A program made the translations under genes and the position numbers. This document shows, piece by piece, positions 23,386-38,285 of a stretch of 64,000 nt of DNA (positions are counted from its first letter, which is position 1; each line of letters opens with the position of its first letter). The notes under the pieces are model-generated. The model did not search any database and was not told the origin of the DNA. It saw nothing but the letters and a program-made list of their open reading frames with translations. Origin of the DNA: Phoronis australis (Eukaryota > Animalia > Phoronida); the NCBI GenBank assembly GCA_002633005.1, contig NMRA01000076.1, forward strand, positions 1-64,000. Reading direction: 5' to 3'.

Positions 23386-26300
23386 CACCACACACCACGA
23401 ATTTTTGTCCGACCGGTCGGCTAGGAGTCGATGACCGGTCGGCAAACTAGCCGACGGGTCGGCTAACTTTTAACCTATATTTTTAAGCTAGAGTAGCAGT
23501 TGTTTAATACTGTAAGTTGTCAGGCTAATGCCACGTCACGTGTCGATGCATATTCGTCTCGTTCAAATAAATTAACTTAGTTTTAATGTGTCTGTTAATG
23601 AGTTCATATCGGTTGTGTAGCAAGGTTGAAGGCGAGCGGTAATATTGAACATTGGATTAAGGACAATGCAAGGTTCCAGTTTTGGATAACAAGACGTGAA
23701 AGTTTTCTTTAAATTTAATCTATAGTGACTCGTGACTGCAACGAATTCTGTTAGACTGGCTGCTACCCGGTCAATACAAAGCTATAGTCGAATTGAAAAC
23801 GCAGTGAGGGATTTAGAGGGGGGAAAGGGAGCCATACCCCCTAAACTTCTCCCAGAGAGATTCCATTTGGCGCAGTTCGGGGGTGTGAATGTCTGACGGG
23901 CAAAACCCTGGCTATTACTCTGCCCTGCCCCCCCAACTCAAAATTTTGGATCCGCCCCTGAAACCCAGCTATTTTAGATAAAGTCTCCGTCCACACTTGT
24001 TTTTTGTTTGTGTTACGCCGAACTGCGTTTTTGCGTTCTTAAAGTTCTTCACAGGTCTCCTATCACGCGCCATTGGTGATGAGATATGAAAGAAGAAAAA
24101 TCATATATGGGCACTTTTGCGACGCATGGTTCATATACGCATGATGACGCCAAATGTAAATAATTCGAGCTTGGTCTATACATATAGGCTCTGGCCAATG
24201 TTCGGCATTTTCCAGTCAGCACGCAAGATTATTGAGTTCCGACGCGTTCCTAAAACGCGAAATACTTCTATTTTGGCTTGCTGGAAAAAGACCTTTCAGT
24301 TTCCGAAAATGCGCCCGATCCTAAAAAAAAAACGCCCAGCATGAGAACGTTTTATCGAAAATCCTCGGAAGCGATGTAACTGTGCGTACAAAAAGTCGTA
24401 TTTTCCCCCTCCAACTCGAATATGGTGATTACGGCGTTTTAAAAAATCCACTCTTGAAGACAATTTCAAAAGTTAACGATTTTGGTTATACCCATTTATT
24501 GCCTACATACGAATATGCATGTGGACAGAAAGCGTTTTTAAGAGTTTCCAGAGTCGTGTGGCCTAGGTCCTGCCATAATAAGTCTAATGTGATGAATAAC
24601 TCTTCAAATTTAGATAAATAAAGTTTAGGACATACCGCTTACAGTGTGCGTTCTAATGCACACGACAATTGTAATATCGGTTGAATTAATGTAAACATAT
24701 GTGTATAGTATCTCTGATGAACAAGTCTCAACTCTGCATTGAGAACAAAATTTCGGGGCATAGTAGTTCAGTATTTATTTCCATAAGAAATTTTGGAAAG
24801 AATGCAAACTAAAACGCTATGGTATGCAATAACAATAGCCTAGATTGTGCAGTTGAAAAACGCTCTGGTGGGATACAATCAACCTAGAGATGCTTGTAAT
24901 GACATGTAATTATAGACAACTACTTCTGTTCGCCGCGAATGCGTCCATATACATGTGTATGAAATTCGCTAAACACACTCTGTCTGGCACTTCTTTGAAT
25001 AACGGGCCTCCAATCGTGGGAAGGGTAACAAATAACTACTCCGAAAGCCCACTACTCCGAAAAACACATTATCATGAAATGTTTTTTTTTTTTTTACTCG
25101 ACCTTATAACTTTTCTCTCACTTTCACGGATGGGTTATTAATTCGTTACTTAGTATCAAAATGGTCACGCAAAACAACTAAACTTTGGACATTGAAGTCT
25201 TGCTTGACCAAAAGATAACGTATCATGAGACACATGCGCTCATATTTGGATAAGTGCGTTCTGTACGGAGAAGTATTTTTTGGAGTACGAGTGGACCTAC
25301 GGATTAGTGTTTTTTTTTGTAGTAGTAGGTCTTCGCTCCGTGTCTTCTCTCAGAACTGCCTACATTTTGAGAACCAGTTTTGACCGTTATTCAATGGAGA
25401 ACATCGGTTCTCTCAATGTTGGCACACTTTATGTGATTATTCAGCAAGGAGTTGGTTTATTTTTAACGTGTTATTGTTTGTTGATGGCTCAGTGCCATAA
25501 TACGTATGCCTTATTATGCAATTCAGCACCATTGTATCCCCTTGCCTGTAATAAACAAATTTCCATTAATGTCAAGCACTTGACCGTGTAGTTTTGAATC
25601 TAATCGCCAGGTGTGCTTCGCCTAATACAGTCAGTAATCATATTTTTGCAGTAGCTAAAACACTATCAAATTTTGTGATGTTTTGATTTGTGCCTCCCGA
25701 TTCAACATCCGAGTATGAATTTTTGCTACAGGGGATATGAATATTTCGCTCGCATATGTCGTATCTCTAATGTTAACGAAAAACGAAACCAAAAGCAGAG
25801 AAACAGGTCGTAATAAAGGAATTACAGCCGAAGCAACAGATGTAAATCTGTTGTCAACTACAGTACAATAAGTTCGGACCGCTACTGGAAAAAGTTGAGT
25901 AAAGCAATATATTTTTTGTAACTTTTCTTTCAAGAAACTTGAATTCACGCTGTCTTTGAGTAACTCTTACAACCAACCAACCCATGACCATTTGAATTTT
26001 GTTTTGAAACCTCTGTCGTAGAACTGGATATTGTATGCGTTTCTTTTTGTAAGGTATTCTTTTTAATCACTGCTTTATTTTTAACGCCATCGATGATAAC
26101 GTAATTATTACCACCTGGGCTTTTTCTTTAGGTTGAGTGAGTTGTTACTCCGAAGAGCTGTTATTCCGGGGATTTTATTTTCAGACGCGAAAAACGCGGA
26201 ACTGTATGCCTAAACCCACGGGTTCGGAAGGCTGTAACTTCGAAGTCATGTGGTTACAATTTTCATGAACTTCGACAATGACATACTACACGGAACTATC

Positions 26301-27112
26301 ACTGTTGAGGCTACAACCAATCCTAGCTTTGCGCATGCCGTTTTCATGCATCGGCGACGTTAAAATCTGAGCTATCTTCAAACCATTTTTGATGTTGTTC
26401 CCAAAATAAACTTTTTTATATATTGCTGTACCAACATATTAAGAAATTATACAACAATAAACAATAATTGAAAGCGCAATGTACAGCGTGATAAAGTGAT
26501 GACCAAGAGTAAAAACGGATGGGCTCAAATGCGCGTTGCTTGTTGCGCATTCCCCACACGAAAACATTTGCGGTCGTAAGACATCCAGCGTTGCTTTCTG
26601 ATTTTTAAGTAATTGTACTGTAACATTTCTTGGTTGTTGAGACTTTTTATACATGATGCAGAAAAGTCTAATATTTAGAGTTCGAAATTTTATTTCCACA
26701 ACTATATCATTTAACATGTGATTTTACCACGCTGTCAGCAATTCAATATAAAGTTTAACATTTATTGTACATTGGTGTAATTTCGCGCAATTAGTAAAGC
26801 TGTAGGTTCATTTGATTTTACCACGAAAATTGATAAAACGGTGACAAGACTGATGTGGCCACTGGAGAACGAACAGCGAACAATCATAAAATGGTAATCG
26901 CCGTCAGAGGATACGCATAATCCGAATTGGTCGTCTGTGGTAGGCGACCACTTTGTCGACCCAAGTGCCGACTGCAGAGGCGACTCAGCAGACGTCTCAT
27001 ATACCCAACTGATGTTGGTCGGCTGCTGGTCGGCTTGACGACCGGTCGTTGACCAGTCGTTAAACCACTCGTCGACCGGTCCTCGACCGGTCGGACATCG
27101 TGGTGTGTGCTG
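23386..27112 (+). mobile_element. TA-flanked non-autonomous DNA transposon, copy 1 (~3.7 kb, with nested MITEs)
   Basis: Ends are TA|CACCACACACCACGA...TCGTGGTGTGTGCTG|TA, with subterminal CCGACCGGTCGG repeats. Internal blocks match 33621-38285 in reverse complement (e.g. ~26400-26780 vs ~33700-34080). Confidence 0.7.
23802..23960 (+). mobile_element. Dispersed ~160-bp MITE family (CAGGGGCGGAT...GGATCCGCCCCTG type)
   Basis: The core TTCCATTTGGCAG-TTCGGGG-TGCGAATATCTGACGGGCAAAA is shared with ~755-866 (minus), 1321-1448, 21156-21310 and 34842-34925. Several copies abut N gaps. Confidence 0.65.
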
Positions 27113-30100
27113 TAGCACGTGTTCGTTGAGTATTGACATTTTAGAATGTTTTGTGAAAAGTATATTGGGCGGATGCATCCTTCTGCTGCATCTGTGGCAG
27201 ATTGTCACCCACCTTTACAGCTCAATATATGTAACTTTTGTATATATCGATATCTGTAGTAATTTAGTTTGTCATAATATATAATTGACTTTTATCTCAT
27301 TCTCACGTGTTGTTTGACTTCTTCGGTGTCGTTTCACAGTTGCGCTTATAAATATTATTTGAGTATTATTTTTTGTGTAAGCTATACTGCTTTGTTCTCA
27401 TAGTCATATTGGTTTAATTCTCGGGTCAGTGACATTTTTGTTCTCCCAGTACTGATTTAATTGAACCACGTGATTTCTTCGTCTCGTCACAACACTGTGC
27501 AATTGTTCATAATTTCTCTTCAATTTTGTATTTTTCAGTCAATTTATTACCCTTCCTCCCTCATTCCGTTTTATTTAACTATTTACTCTCAATTTTCTCA
27601 TGTTGATGTCAAGGTGTTACTTTGGCATATTGTTACCCATCTTTATACATCAGCATATTATATACCTTCATAGTACCTGAAGTAGTGCTGATTGTCCGGC
27701 AGGTTGTCACCCACCTTTACGGCTCAACATAACTTTTGTATCTATTGATATCTGTAGTTTTATCTCATCGTCAATGTTGTTTCACTGTAGACTAGCTTCG
27801 GTATCGCTTCGCAGGTAACGTATATAAAAGTATTTTAATACTTAGAAAACGTCGACTACCGCGCAAGCATGGAGTTAGTAGAAGCGCCAAGTCCCTATAT
27901 TATATTTTTGTCGTTCATATTGTTGGTAAATGTCATTTGTTAATAACGGTAATTAAAATAGATGCAATCTGATAAAATACAAACAAATATACTATGAAGA
28001 CGGGCTCGAAAACCGCCGAATGTCAGCAAGAAACGCGAACCAATGGAATGCACTTGAGAAAAGAACGCGCAAAAGCAGATTTTTGAAAGAATAAAAAATG
28101 TAGTACAGACAACCAATAACAGAACAAGAGCAATGCGGATTGTTTATATGCGCCCACCGAGTGCATTGCATATAGCGCAGATACATGTACAAGGGATGAT
28201 TACAGCTTGTATTTGTAGCTGCAGTACCAGGCATCACAAATAGGTAAGCTATTTTGGGATCTGTGCCTATGTTTCTATTGTGAATTAATTTAATGCAAAC
28301 TGTTGCATAATATATGTGCACGATTTATGCAAATCAACGCCGACAATACTTGAAATTATGTTTCTGTTCAAACCTTTCTACATGCAGATTATTTTCATAT
28401 TTGCACTGTTTTTGTAGTCGTGAACTTAAGTATATTCAAATTAACGTCGCCATTTTTAAGATACTACTTGTTTATATCTGCTGTTCCTTGACACGTGAGG
28501 TAAGTTGTATTGATATTTACATCCATATTTCTATAGTCAACTCAATTAATGAAAGCAGTTTGCAGTTAGAGACTTTCAATTCCCCAAACACAAGCCTACT
28601 GCATCTTATATCCAAACATATCATAAAGAAGAAAGCAAAGCACGTCTTGAAGCAGGTGCCCAAGACAGAACACGAATCTGTCAAAAAGGTCATATGTAGA
28701 TCCACTGGATCCCGAGGACCATCCCAAAGGTGCAGTTGTGGAAGCAAGCAGTGGCAGCAACAGTTAACGTACGTGAAGCAATAAGCCTTGGAGAGCCAAT
28801 GATAGTAAACTTCGAGTCGAGATGCCTGGTGAAGGTGACACCCATCATTGTGTTTGATCCCACACTATGTATTTTGGCTTTACATGTTCACTCAGGCAGA
28901 CGTTTCACATACTCTGGTTAACAACATTGAAGTGAACAGGTCAATACAGTTCAACCTTATGCTCCATTTCCTCCCATGTACAATAGTCTGTCCCCTGCAT
29001 GTCTCTGTTTACTCTATTTGTTATGATAGTGTGGGTTGTGACCTGTAACCACTTCAGATAGGGACTGGGACAAAAATAACAACATGACCTTTGACCTTGA
29101 TTCGACACTGACCTTCATCTCTAATTTCGGACTGAAGACAACAAAAAGTATCTCTACCAAGCTGCAAACAACAGTTTGCCTACTATATGTAAACTTAATT
29201 CTTTCTCAAGGAGATCTTATCACACACCGAGAAGAGGATCAGATGATGGCCAAAAGTAACGCAAAATGAGGCCCACGCTATGATGACAGGATAAAGTGGC
29301 AAAGTCCGAAAGAATTATTCCCTCTCTCACTAAGTTTGGATCAGCTATAAAATCGTACTTGTGTTTGATTCTTATAACAGCAAATCAAACTATCCCCTGG
29401 CTCAAAAAGTGGCAATCCTAAATAGTCATCTGGTTGTTTCACACTCTTTTATTTTAGATTCTGTTACAGGGAACACGCCTAAAATCTGATAAGCTACATT
29501 TCTCTGAAAAATGTTGAGCTCTGAAGTTTCTAAAGAGCTTTCTATAAATGAAAACAATTTGGCTATGGGAAAATATATATTTCACTAATAAAATTAAAAC
29601 GGACTAAACAGAAAGGAAAGGTCAAAATTCCAACTACTAAAGACTTTATCAACTTGTGAATAATGAGAACAAAAAACTAATAATTTACAGGCGACATTTA
29701 AAAATCTTGTTGTTGAAGAAAAAAAAGAATACTAAACTCTATGAAACGTGAACAAATCAGATTATTCAAGCGTAAAAATAAGTTCCTAGGTTATTCGGAC
29801 GTAAAGTCATCTATATAGGCCAGATTCTTCTGCAGTTTGATCAAAGTTGTGCAGTACCACAATGTTGTTATTTTGTCATAATTTTTGTCTTATTGAGTGT
29901 GTTTTGGTCCATTTGTTTGCCTGTCATCGCTCAAAAGTCTCTCGGACCCTCTTTTTATGCCAGGAATGACATGGTTTTCAAGTTGGTCTTGTTATCTCTT
30001 AGCTTACGAAATTGTCTCTTTATGTAAGTCGTTTTAAAACCGTGATTGAAATTTTAATTTAAGAATAACTGTTCACTTTGGATTTACTCTTATGTTAGCA

Positions 30101-33100
30101 CAGCAAAAAATCCAGGTATGTTTCTGTCTTTGTTTTCTGTTGAGTTGCTTGCAAGCGACAGGGTTACCTTAAACCTATGTGTCGGAAACAGTGGTACAGT
30201 AGTTGCTTTCTGTATGACAGGGCACAAGTGTTTCGATTCAGTAAAGTGTCGCAGAATGAAAGAGTGGTCTTACCACATTCTAGCTATTCTCGTTTACATG
30301 GCGCAAATACTTGAAGTGTACTGCACAATTGCATTTCTTGTACAATTAGCTTGCTGTGGAGTCACTCTGACGTGTGTATGGTGTGTATGGACTCATTCTA
30401 TTAATACTATAAGTTACAGTGAACACAGTTGTTGCTCATCACTCTGATCTTTGATTTCGAATGATAAATTTTGATTGCGGTCACTGTGTAGCTCATTTAG
30501 CCATCCGTTGTTTTGCTTAAGTTGTTTTGTTTTTGTACAGAAAACATTGAGGACGTTTACTCATTTCATCAGTTTACCAGACACTTACTATATTGTTTTA
30601 TAGGGAGTATGGATAAAAATGATATTGTACCTGCTTTCTAGCCTAAGTCAGACTTCAGTCAAACTTGAATAGAAGAGCATCTAAGTGCATGCATCACACG
30701 AAGGCGAACACAATTTCGTTTATATATGAACTACCTGTAGACTATGGTGAGTTATAGCAGAAAACATGAAAAATAAAGTTTGATTTCCAGTATAAAGATT
30801 AGATCCAGAATCAATGATATAATTTTTGGTCTTGCAAGGTTTAAAAATTGAAACTGAAATAAAATGATTTAGTGGGTGAGAAACCGATCGCAGAAACAAT
30901 ATTGTTCATGTTCATTTGATTCCTAGAACACCCACTTAAGTCCATGTTTCATGAACTTTTACTTGACTTGCTTTCTTAGTCCGATTATTAGCAAAAGGGC
31001 AAGATCGAGAGAAGGGATAACCCAAGAATGCTACACCCCACAATGTTATATTGGAACGCTAGATGGATTCATTTTGTAGATTTCAAGAGATGGAACAAAT
31101 TTTATGTAGCCTGCCAAGCTATTAAAATCTGCAACTGTCTTACTTGAGGAAAACCTTTTTTTATATTCTGTCCTGTTTATGGTCTTCTGATACTTACAGT
31201 GTATTATTCCTGGGTATGTAGGACAGGGCAGTTAGAGTTTATGACCGTTGAGTTTTGTCATATTTATTTTATGGCGGAGCGTTGTCAATATAGGCCTAAG
31301 TGTACCTAGTAACAGATTTGTGTTCCAGTAAATGTCGGATCCAACTGAATTGAGGGATTATATTAGAGTTGGTTGAAATCTGACTTTTGCTGAAGTAGAG
31401 AGCATATACCAGTACGGTACAGAAACTTTGTACCAGCTGGACATTTCCCTTTTACTGTCACGGTGAGATTTTACTGCGTGACGGTTATATTTTGAAATAA
31501 ATATATTTTGTAATCAATGAAAACTTGATTGCCTGAAATGGTTACAGTATCTCAATGTGTCGTATCTGTGTCAGCATTTTTGTTGTCCTTCTCGTTCTGG
31601 ATGGACAATCAGATGAAAGTGTGCTTGTTATTAACAGAAAAAAATCTGCAATTCCGTACATCCTGGTCGGATAAAAGGCGCATATTGATTGGTGTAAACA
31701 TTAATATTGGTAAAATTTAAAAATACGATTGCCTTTTAACTGAAAACTTCCGCGTTGTGTTATTTTATAACAGAGTCTATGACACAACTGTTTGAACTGT
31801 GAGACTATGTCGTTTCAAACCGTACAAATTACCAGTTCACCACGCTAAGATAAATTAGGTACTAGGGTAATTAACACTAAAGACACCACAGCACCCCTGA
31901 CAAACGTCTCCATATTAATGTATTATTTCTCCTTGGTATAACCTGATGTGGACAATTCCAATCACCTTTCGGGAAATTGGTTCTGTGCAAATGCATACTT
32001 CGACCTCCGGCTTCGGCCGCCCAAGCCTTGAGTGGTGTTCACAGGCACACGAGGCTAACCGATGTATATGAGCGTGTCTTAAACCAGTACAGGGTGTTTT
32101 TGGTGTCGTACATTCTTCTTTTTTCATTGAAATACTTGACGCTAACATGTCAGTTTCTATAACTCCATAGTTTTGCAAAATTTTGCTCTCAACTTTTATT
32201 CAAACTGGCCTGTGCCCTCAATTCCGAATGTGTACATGTACACAAACATGTACTGTACGGTTCCATTGCTCAATTGTTGCGTAAAATGCCACGACTTTAC
32301 ATGCACGCTATACTGCTGTTTGTATACTCATCGATTTCCATGGGTTTCTATTAATTTTTTTCTACTTAGTACACGAACGCATGCCTCAAGTCTTTTTGTT
32401 AGAATAAATCAAGTGGAGTCGTGTCAAGGAATTTTTAGACCCATACTAAAAACTTGGGGAATACAGTAATGTAATGGCGCGCCGGAGGAGCGGCACCCTT
32501 GACAGCTGAACGTCTTGTCGGTTTATAAACAACTGAAAAATAGGTACTGTACTATACAATTATAGCGACGAACTTTGCTGTATAATATCATTGTCTAAAC
32601 TTTATACATTTTAGTGATTGTCTTTTCCACTGAGCCAGCAAAACCTCCCAGGCCCCGGCAGCACTCCGTGAGAATTTCAGCCATTAGGAATTTTGTATTG
32701 CAATGGCTTATATGACCGTTTAAGCAATGCAAGGATCGCATATTTATATTGCTTTATTTTACGCCAATATTTTAAAACCTCGTTAGTATTTAAATTTTCA
32801 AATTTTATTCTGAATATTCCTCGGCTTCCATAAGAACACCGTGCTTTTGTTTACATAGCGTTCATCATCAATGTGACGGACCGAGTCTCACGCGCTGTCT
32901 GGCTTGTGAGCATAGTCGAGTCGTCTCTAAATATTTTGGACACAACAGTGAAAATATCAAAATACTTTGCATGTGGTGCCTACTATTGCAGCTTCAGATA
33001 CAACTTTGAATAGTGGTCAGGCGACGTATCCACCAAGAATCTTGCTTCATTAAATTCCCAGACCCTGGACAATAGGTGGAAAAAGTAAAATAATCTGAGA

Positions 33101-33620
33101 GTTATAAGCTAAAATTGAATTCAGATTGCATGATGGGCAGGCTTAATTTTCATTTATGATCGACGTATGTCTCGAATAACAGATAAATGATACGCCGTGC
33201 GTCGCAAGCTCGTTACCAGTGGCCGAAGTTTGCGATATAAGGTCATTTATTATGACTAATACAATTACAAGTAAATATAGTGAATACAGATCAGTAAAAT
33301 AAAAAATAATAATCTCTGATAAGATGGGCAATAAAAAAGCGCCGGCCACGTGGAAGTACGAGAGCATGACGAAAACGGGGTGGTAGAGGGGGGGAATGAA
33401 AGTTTTTGAGCCTAAGACAATATGGCCGGAACAAAGGTGAAGTGAAAACGATATTACAATAACAAAGAAAACGCCTAAGGATACGTGACAACCATCAGCC
33501 TATGAGAGCCAAGAGCTGATCAAAACTCAAGGGACGTGATAACAACAGACCGATACGAAGGCTGGGAAAACGACGTGAAATAGACCGAAATGAGAGGGAA
33601 AAGAGTAAGACGGGTCCATA

Positions 33621-36600
33621 CAGCACACATCACGAATTTTTGTCCGACCTGCCGGTCGGAAATTGGTCGACAACCAGTCTATAAATACGAATTGCATGGA
33701 TTTACACCAATGTAAACTTTACGCTGAATTGCTGACGGCGTGGTAAAATCAAACATTAAATGATATCGCGGAAACATAACTTCGAACTCTAGATATGATA
33801 CTTTTTATACACTATACATAAAAGTATCAACGACCAAGAAATTCGAAATGTTACAGTAAATTTGCATAAAAATCCGAATACTGCACTGGATGTTTTACGA
33901 CCTCAAGTGTTTTCATGCCAGAGAATGCTTAACAAGTAGCACGCATTTGCGCTCATCCGTTATTGCTCTTGATCATCACTTCATCACTCTGTATGTTGCA
34001 CTTTCCCACAGGTAATTATTGTTTATTTTTGTACAGTTTCTTAATATGTTGGTACAGCAATAGAAAAAAAGTTTATTTTAGCGCACATGTTAAGAACTGG
34101 GCGCATGAAAACTGAAGAATGTGATCGGTTATAGTGTCATCCATGATCCATCATCATTCTGAATTTGTTGTTTCTTTCGGAGTAAAAAGTAGTTTCGAAG
34201 TTAGAGCCTTCCTATCTAGCCAGCTAGCTGTATGAAGACTCGTCAAGACACAGCAAGGTGCTACTGTGTATTGAGGTCTGACAGGACCACGAAATTGCAC
34301 ACAACCCGAATAGTTACGCTTGTCACCTCGTCGTGAAACTTGTATCAACATGAGCTAAAGACCGGCGGGTGTGCATGCAAAATCTGGGAGTCAACTGACA
34401 CTCACCTTGCCCGTTACAGCCGTTTAAACGAAAAATATCCGACGTCATTTTCTTGCGTAATTCTCCGCCTTTTGTAACAAAGAAAGGTATGTCGTCTTTT
34501 AGAAAGGCCGTANNNNNNNNNNNNNNNNNNNNNNNNNNNNNNNNNNNNNNNNNNNNNNNNNNNNNNNNNNNNNNNNNNNNNNNNNNNNNNNNNNNNNNNN
34601 NNNNNNNNNNNNNNNNNNNNNNNNNNNNNNNNNNNNNNNNNNNNNNNNNNNNNNNNNNNNNNNNNNNNNNNNNNNNNNNNNNNNNNNNNNNNNNNNNNNN
34701 NNNNNNNNNNNNNNNNNNNNNNNNNNNNNNNNNNNNNNNNNNNNNNNNNNNNNNNNNNNNNNNNNNNNNNNNNNNNNNNNNNNNNNNNNNNNNNNNNNNN
34801 NNNNNNNNNNNNNNNNNNNNNNNNNNNNNNNNNNNNNNNNNATTTGGCAGTTCGGGGTGCGAAAACCCTGGCTATTAAGGCCTACTCTACCCTCCCCTCA
34901 GCTCAAAATCCTGCATCCGCCCCTGGGAAAATCCCGGCGAGGAAGCCACCAAAATTTGAGTAACCGTGAACCAACACGGAGAGTAAGAATGGGCCTTGGA
35001 CCAGTGCACTGACCGGTAGCGAGGAGCTGCCTCAAGTAGGCCTACATGTAGCTATAGCTGAGATACAGTGTGAAAATACGAAATTCCCGATGAACTAAAG
35101 TTATTTGCTGGTCAGCTCAGCTGTGATTCACTTGAGACAAACAGCTCGTACCGGCCGTCTGCGCTCGCTCTGAAGTCACCATTCGTTTTATTGTGATCCC
35201 GGCAGTTTCTGGAAGTCTTTGTTCTATTGTGGCCATTCTTTGAAGGAGTTTTCTTGAAAAGGTGAGGTCCCGAAGTCCCTGGTACATTGTCTTTGGGGCT
35301 GTTTCAAAATGCCTAGAGTCCAGTTTCTGGTGGATTGGTAAAAGGATGTGTCCCAAACATGTACACACCTCATGAACGCTTGGAGTTCAAATTCAGTTCC
35401 CGCGTGGATCACTGAGATTCTGCGCGCCGGGCCTACTGCATGGTTACATGTACATCTTATTTTTAACGTGGTTACGTCAGTCATGACGTGCACGCGAATC
35501 AGGACAAATAATCAATTCAGTTTTGAAGAACAAAAATTCATTTTATAACTAACCATCGGAAATGGTCCTTTTGTGCAATCTCAAGTTCCATCGTGAATAC
35601 TCGGCAGTGTTGGATTTACATGTATAGAGGGACAAGGAATTTTCCCCCGAGCTGCTCCACCGAGAGAGGGTACCGTCTGAAATGGGTCACCTTAAGAAGA
35701 AAGGCTAAACATCATTAAGCTTTAAAAACGAGTTACAGTGCATTCCACCGTCGTGTGGTCCCAAAACGATGCAGGGAGTGGCCTCCTTCAACATGAAAGC
35801 CGGTTGCACGATTTCACAAAAAACAGGAAAATAGAGGTAATCCATTCCAACATTGGGTCCTCTCTACGTGAGCGGAGTCTTATTTGTCAATAAAAACACA
35901 AAAATGTGGAAATGCACAGCAATTCATGTTATCTGTCAGGTCATCAATTTTTCTCAAGTAATATATAGTTTCGAGCAAAAAAATAAAGCGAAAGTTGTCT
36001 CCATTATCCCTTGACAATGAGGGGCATCTGGAAAAATATAGTTTTCCATTCACAAACTTGACTTATTGAATTTAAAATTCCAGTAAAATAGTACACTCCG
36101 CAAAAGCTTCGCTTTACAAATTTTCTCGATTTCTCGAAGTATATGTATGAGTGATTTCGTGCACGTTTTCAAGTGCGTTTAGACGACCTGTGCTGCAAAA
36201 GCGGAGACCCTGGCCAGAGTCCTCAAAAGATAAACCATGCACTGATGCAGTTGTTAAATGTTCTCTTGAATTTCCTCTCTTATCCGTATTTCGCAGTCTT
36301 TCTTTTCTCGACTGTCCCCGGTCCCACGCCTATGTCGGTTGCCCCGGTTTAACCCCCTGAAAATTTTTTGGGCGGGCCCTGCCCTCCGNNNCCCCCCCCC
36401 CCCCGCTTCCTACAGCCCTGTGATATCAAAATTGTTAAAAATTATATTGAAGTGAAACCAATTCTGATCATTTGTTATCATGACGTTTACGCAACCTCGA
36501 GAAAGAACGTTTGATTGAAGAAAATGGGAAAAAGAAACTGGTTAATAAGTGACGCAATATTTCAATGCGCCGAAAGCCGACGCAAAAGATCACACTACAA

Positions 36601-38285
36601 TTTTAGCAACAGAATAACGGTAGAAAACCAATTTTTGCAACTCCGGTAAATAATTTGGATTACTCAAAGAAGATTTTATGTGGTTAGTTTTTACCCACAT
36701 CGGCGCAAAGTTGTATATTTAATTTAGTAAACAGCTTCGCACCAAGACTAGAGCCTTCCGAGCCCTTTGGAGTAAGAACACAATACTTCGCGTTTCTCGC
36801 CTACTCCAAGGGGTAAAACTCTGAAAATGAAGTCTTCAGAGTAACTCGGTACATGTTATCCTAAAAAAAAGTTGGCCAGGTAGTCTGCGTTTTCATGTAG
36901 AGCGTAAAAATGATTAACCCAGTGATTCAAAAGGAACACTCTCGCAAACGAAAACGCATACAATTTTCATGACACAGGTTAAAAAACAACCTGTATGTGG
37001 TTATTGCATCGATTCTAGTGGTCACCAGGGCAAGTCAAAACTCTTAAGAGGGAGCGATTTCAAACCTTTGGCATGCATCAATGTTATAAAAATTGATTTC
37101 GACCGACGTTTATTCATCAACAATGTAGACAGAACTGTTACAGACAGTGACCACTTTGGTTAACGTCTTTTGGCAATGATACAAATAATTTTTCTACCAT
37201 AATTGATAACAAGTTTTACAGAGATGAGGTATGATGTAATATGCATGAAGCTTGAAACGCTCTCTTATCATCCCTTGTAATTCTGTGGCAGTTGTTTCAT
37301 GTTTTCTTGCATTTGTTGGTCGATAAACGCACGTGCGGTCTTCAAATAAAGAATCTGGACAATCATATGTAGTGTTTGTCCTATCGTTTTAGTTCACGTT
37401 CTTTCCAAAAATTATGAAAATGATTGTTTGTTTTCAAAGCAGTTGGAAGAATTGTGATCAGACATAAATGTGAATTGCTTATTGTACGCGTACGTGCTAT
37501 TCACAGTTGTTACATGCAATTCAACCGATATTACAATATACGTATGCCTAAGATCGTGTTCCGAGTCAGTGACCCTGTTATTGGTATGCCTTAAACTTTG
37601 TTTATCTAAATTTTGAAGACATGCTTTGTACTTGGCCTCGGTTGATAATATAGCACCCTGAAAACACACGACTGTGAAAGTTTTGAAAACGCAACTGTTT
37701 CTTTACGCAGACACGTTTTCTGTCCACGTGTACATTTGAAGTACGACATCGGGGCACTGACTCAATGCATCAACCAAACATATTAATTTTTGAAAATGTC
37801 CCAAAAAGTGGGCTTTTCAGAACACCGTGTTGGCCGTATTCTTGTAGAAAAGCAAAATGAACAAATTTGTACACACTGCTCAAAGCACTTCTGTGGACAT
37901 GCGGAAATGCCAACGTCTCTGTCCTAAAACGCTGCATGTGCTTGGCATTTCTGATAAGCGCTCTCACGTTTTGTTGTCCAAAACTTGTTGCATTGTCCAT
38001 AGTCCACTGCCCAATGTTACCGCTTGCCTTCAGCCTTCAACAGTGGTGTTACACAAGCGATGTCAACTCACCTAATGGAGATATAGTAAGCCTGGGTAGA
38101 CTTATGTGACCCTGTGCCGAGACAAATATGCAACGGCACGTTGCGATATCGACCAGACAATCAATTACGCAACTGCTACTCTAGCTAGTCGGCTGATGGC
38201 CGACAGTAGAGCCGACCCGTCGGCTAATTTGCCGACGGATCGACTCCTAACCGACCCGTCGGACAAAAAATCGTGATGTGTGCTG
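33621..38285 (-). mobile_element. TA-flanked non-autonomous DNA transposon, copy 2 (~4.7 kb, opposite orientation)
   Basis: Ends are TA|CAGCACACATCACGAATTTTTGTCCGAC...GTCGGACAAAAAATCGTGATGTGTGCTG|TA, a near-perfect ~28-bp TIR. It has internal homology to 23386-27112. Confidence 0.75.

Noticed and set aside
24382-24621. Similar peptides EYGDYGVLKNPL and EYGQHGVLKSPL (37770-38000) suggesting a conserved gene
   Set aside because: Both lie in homologous non-coding MITE sequence inside the two TA-flanked elements, and the frames are not conserved beyond the short match.
24714-24760. CTGATGA followed by a TCTCAA/TTGAGA stem, resembling a hammerhead ribozyme core
   Set aside because: The required GAAA reads CAAAA, and stems I and III could not be formed. 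At most a dead relic.
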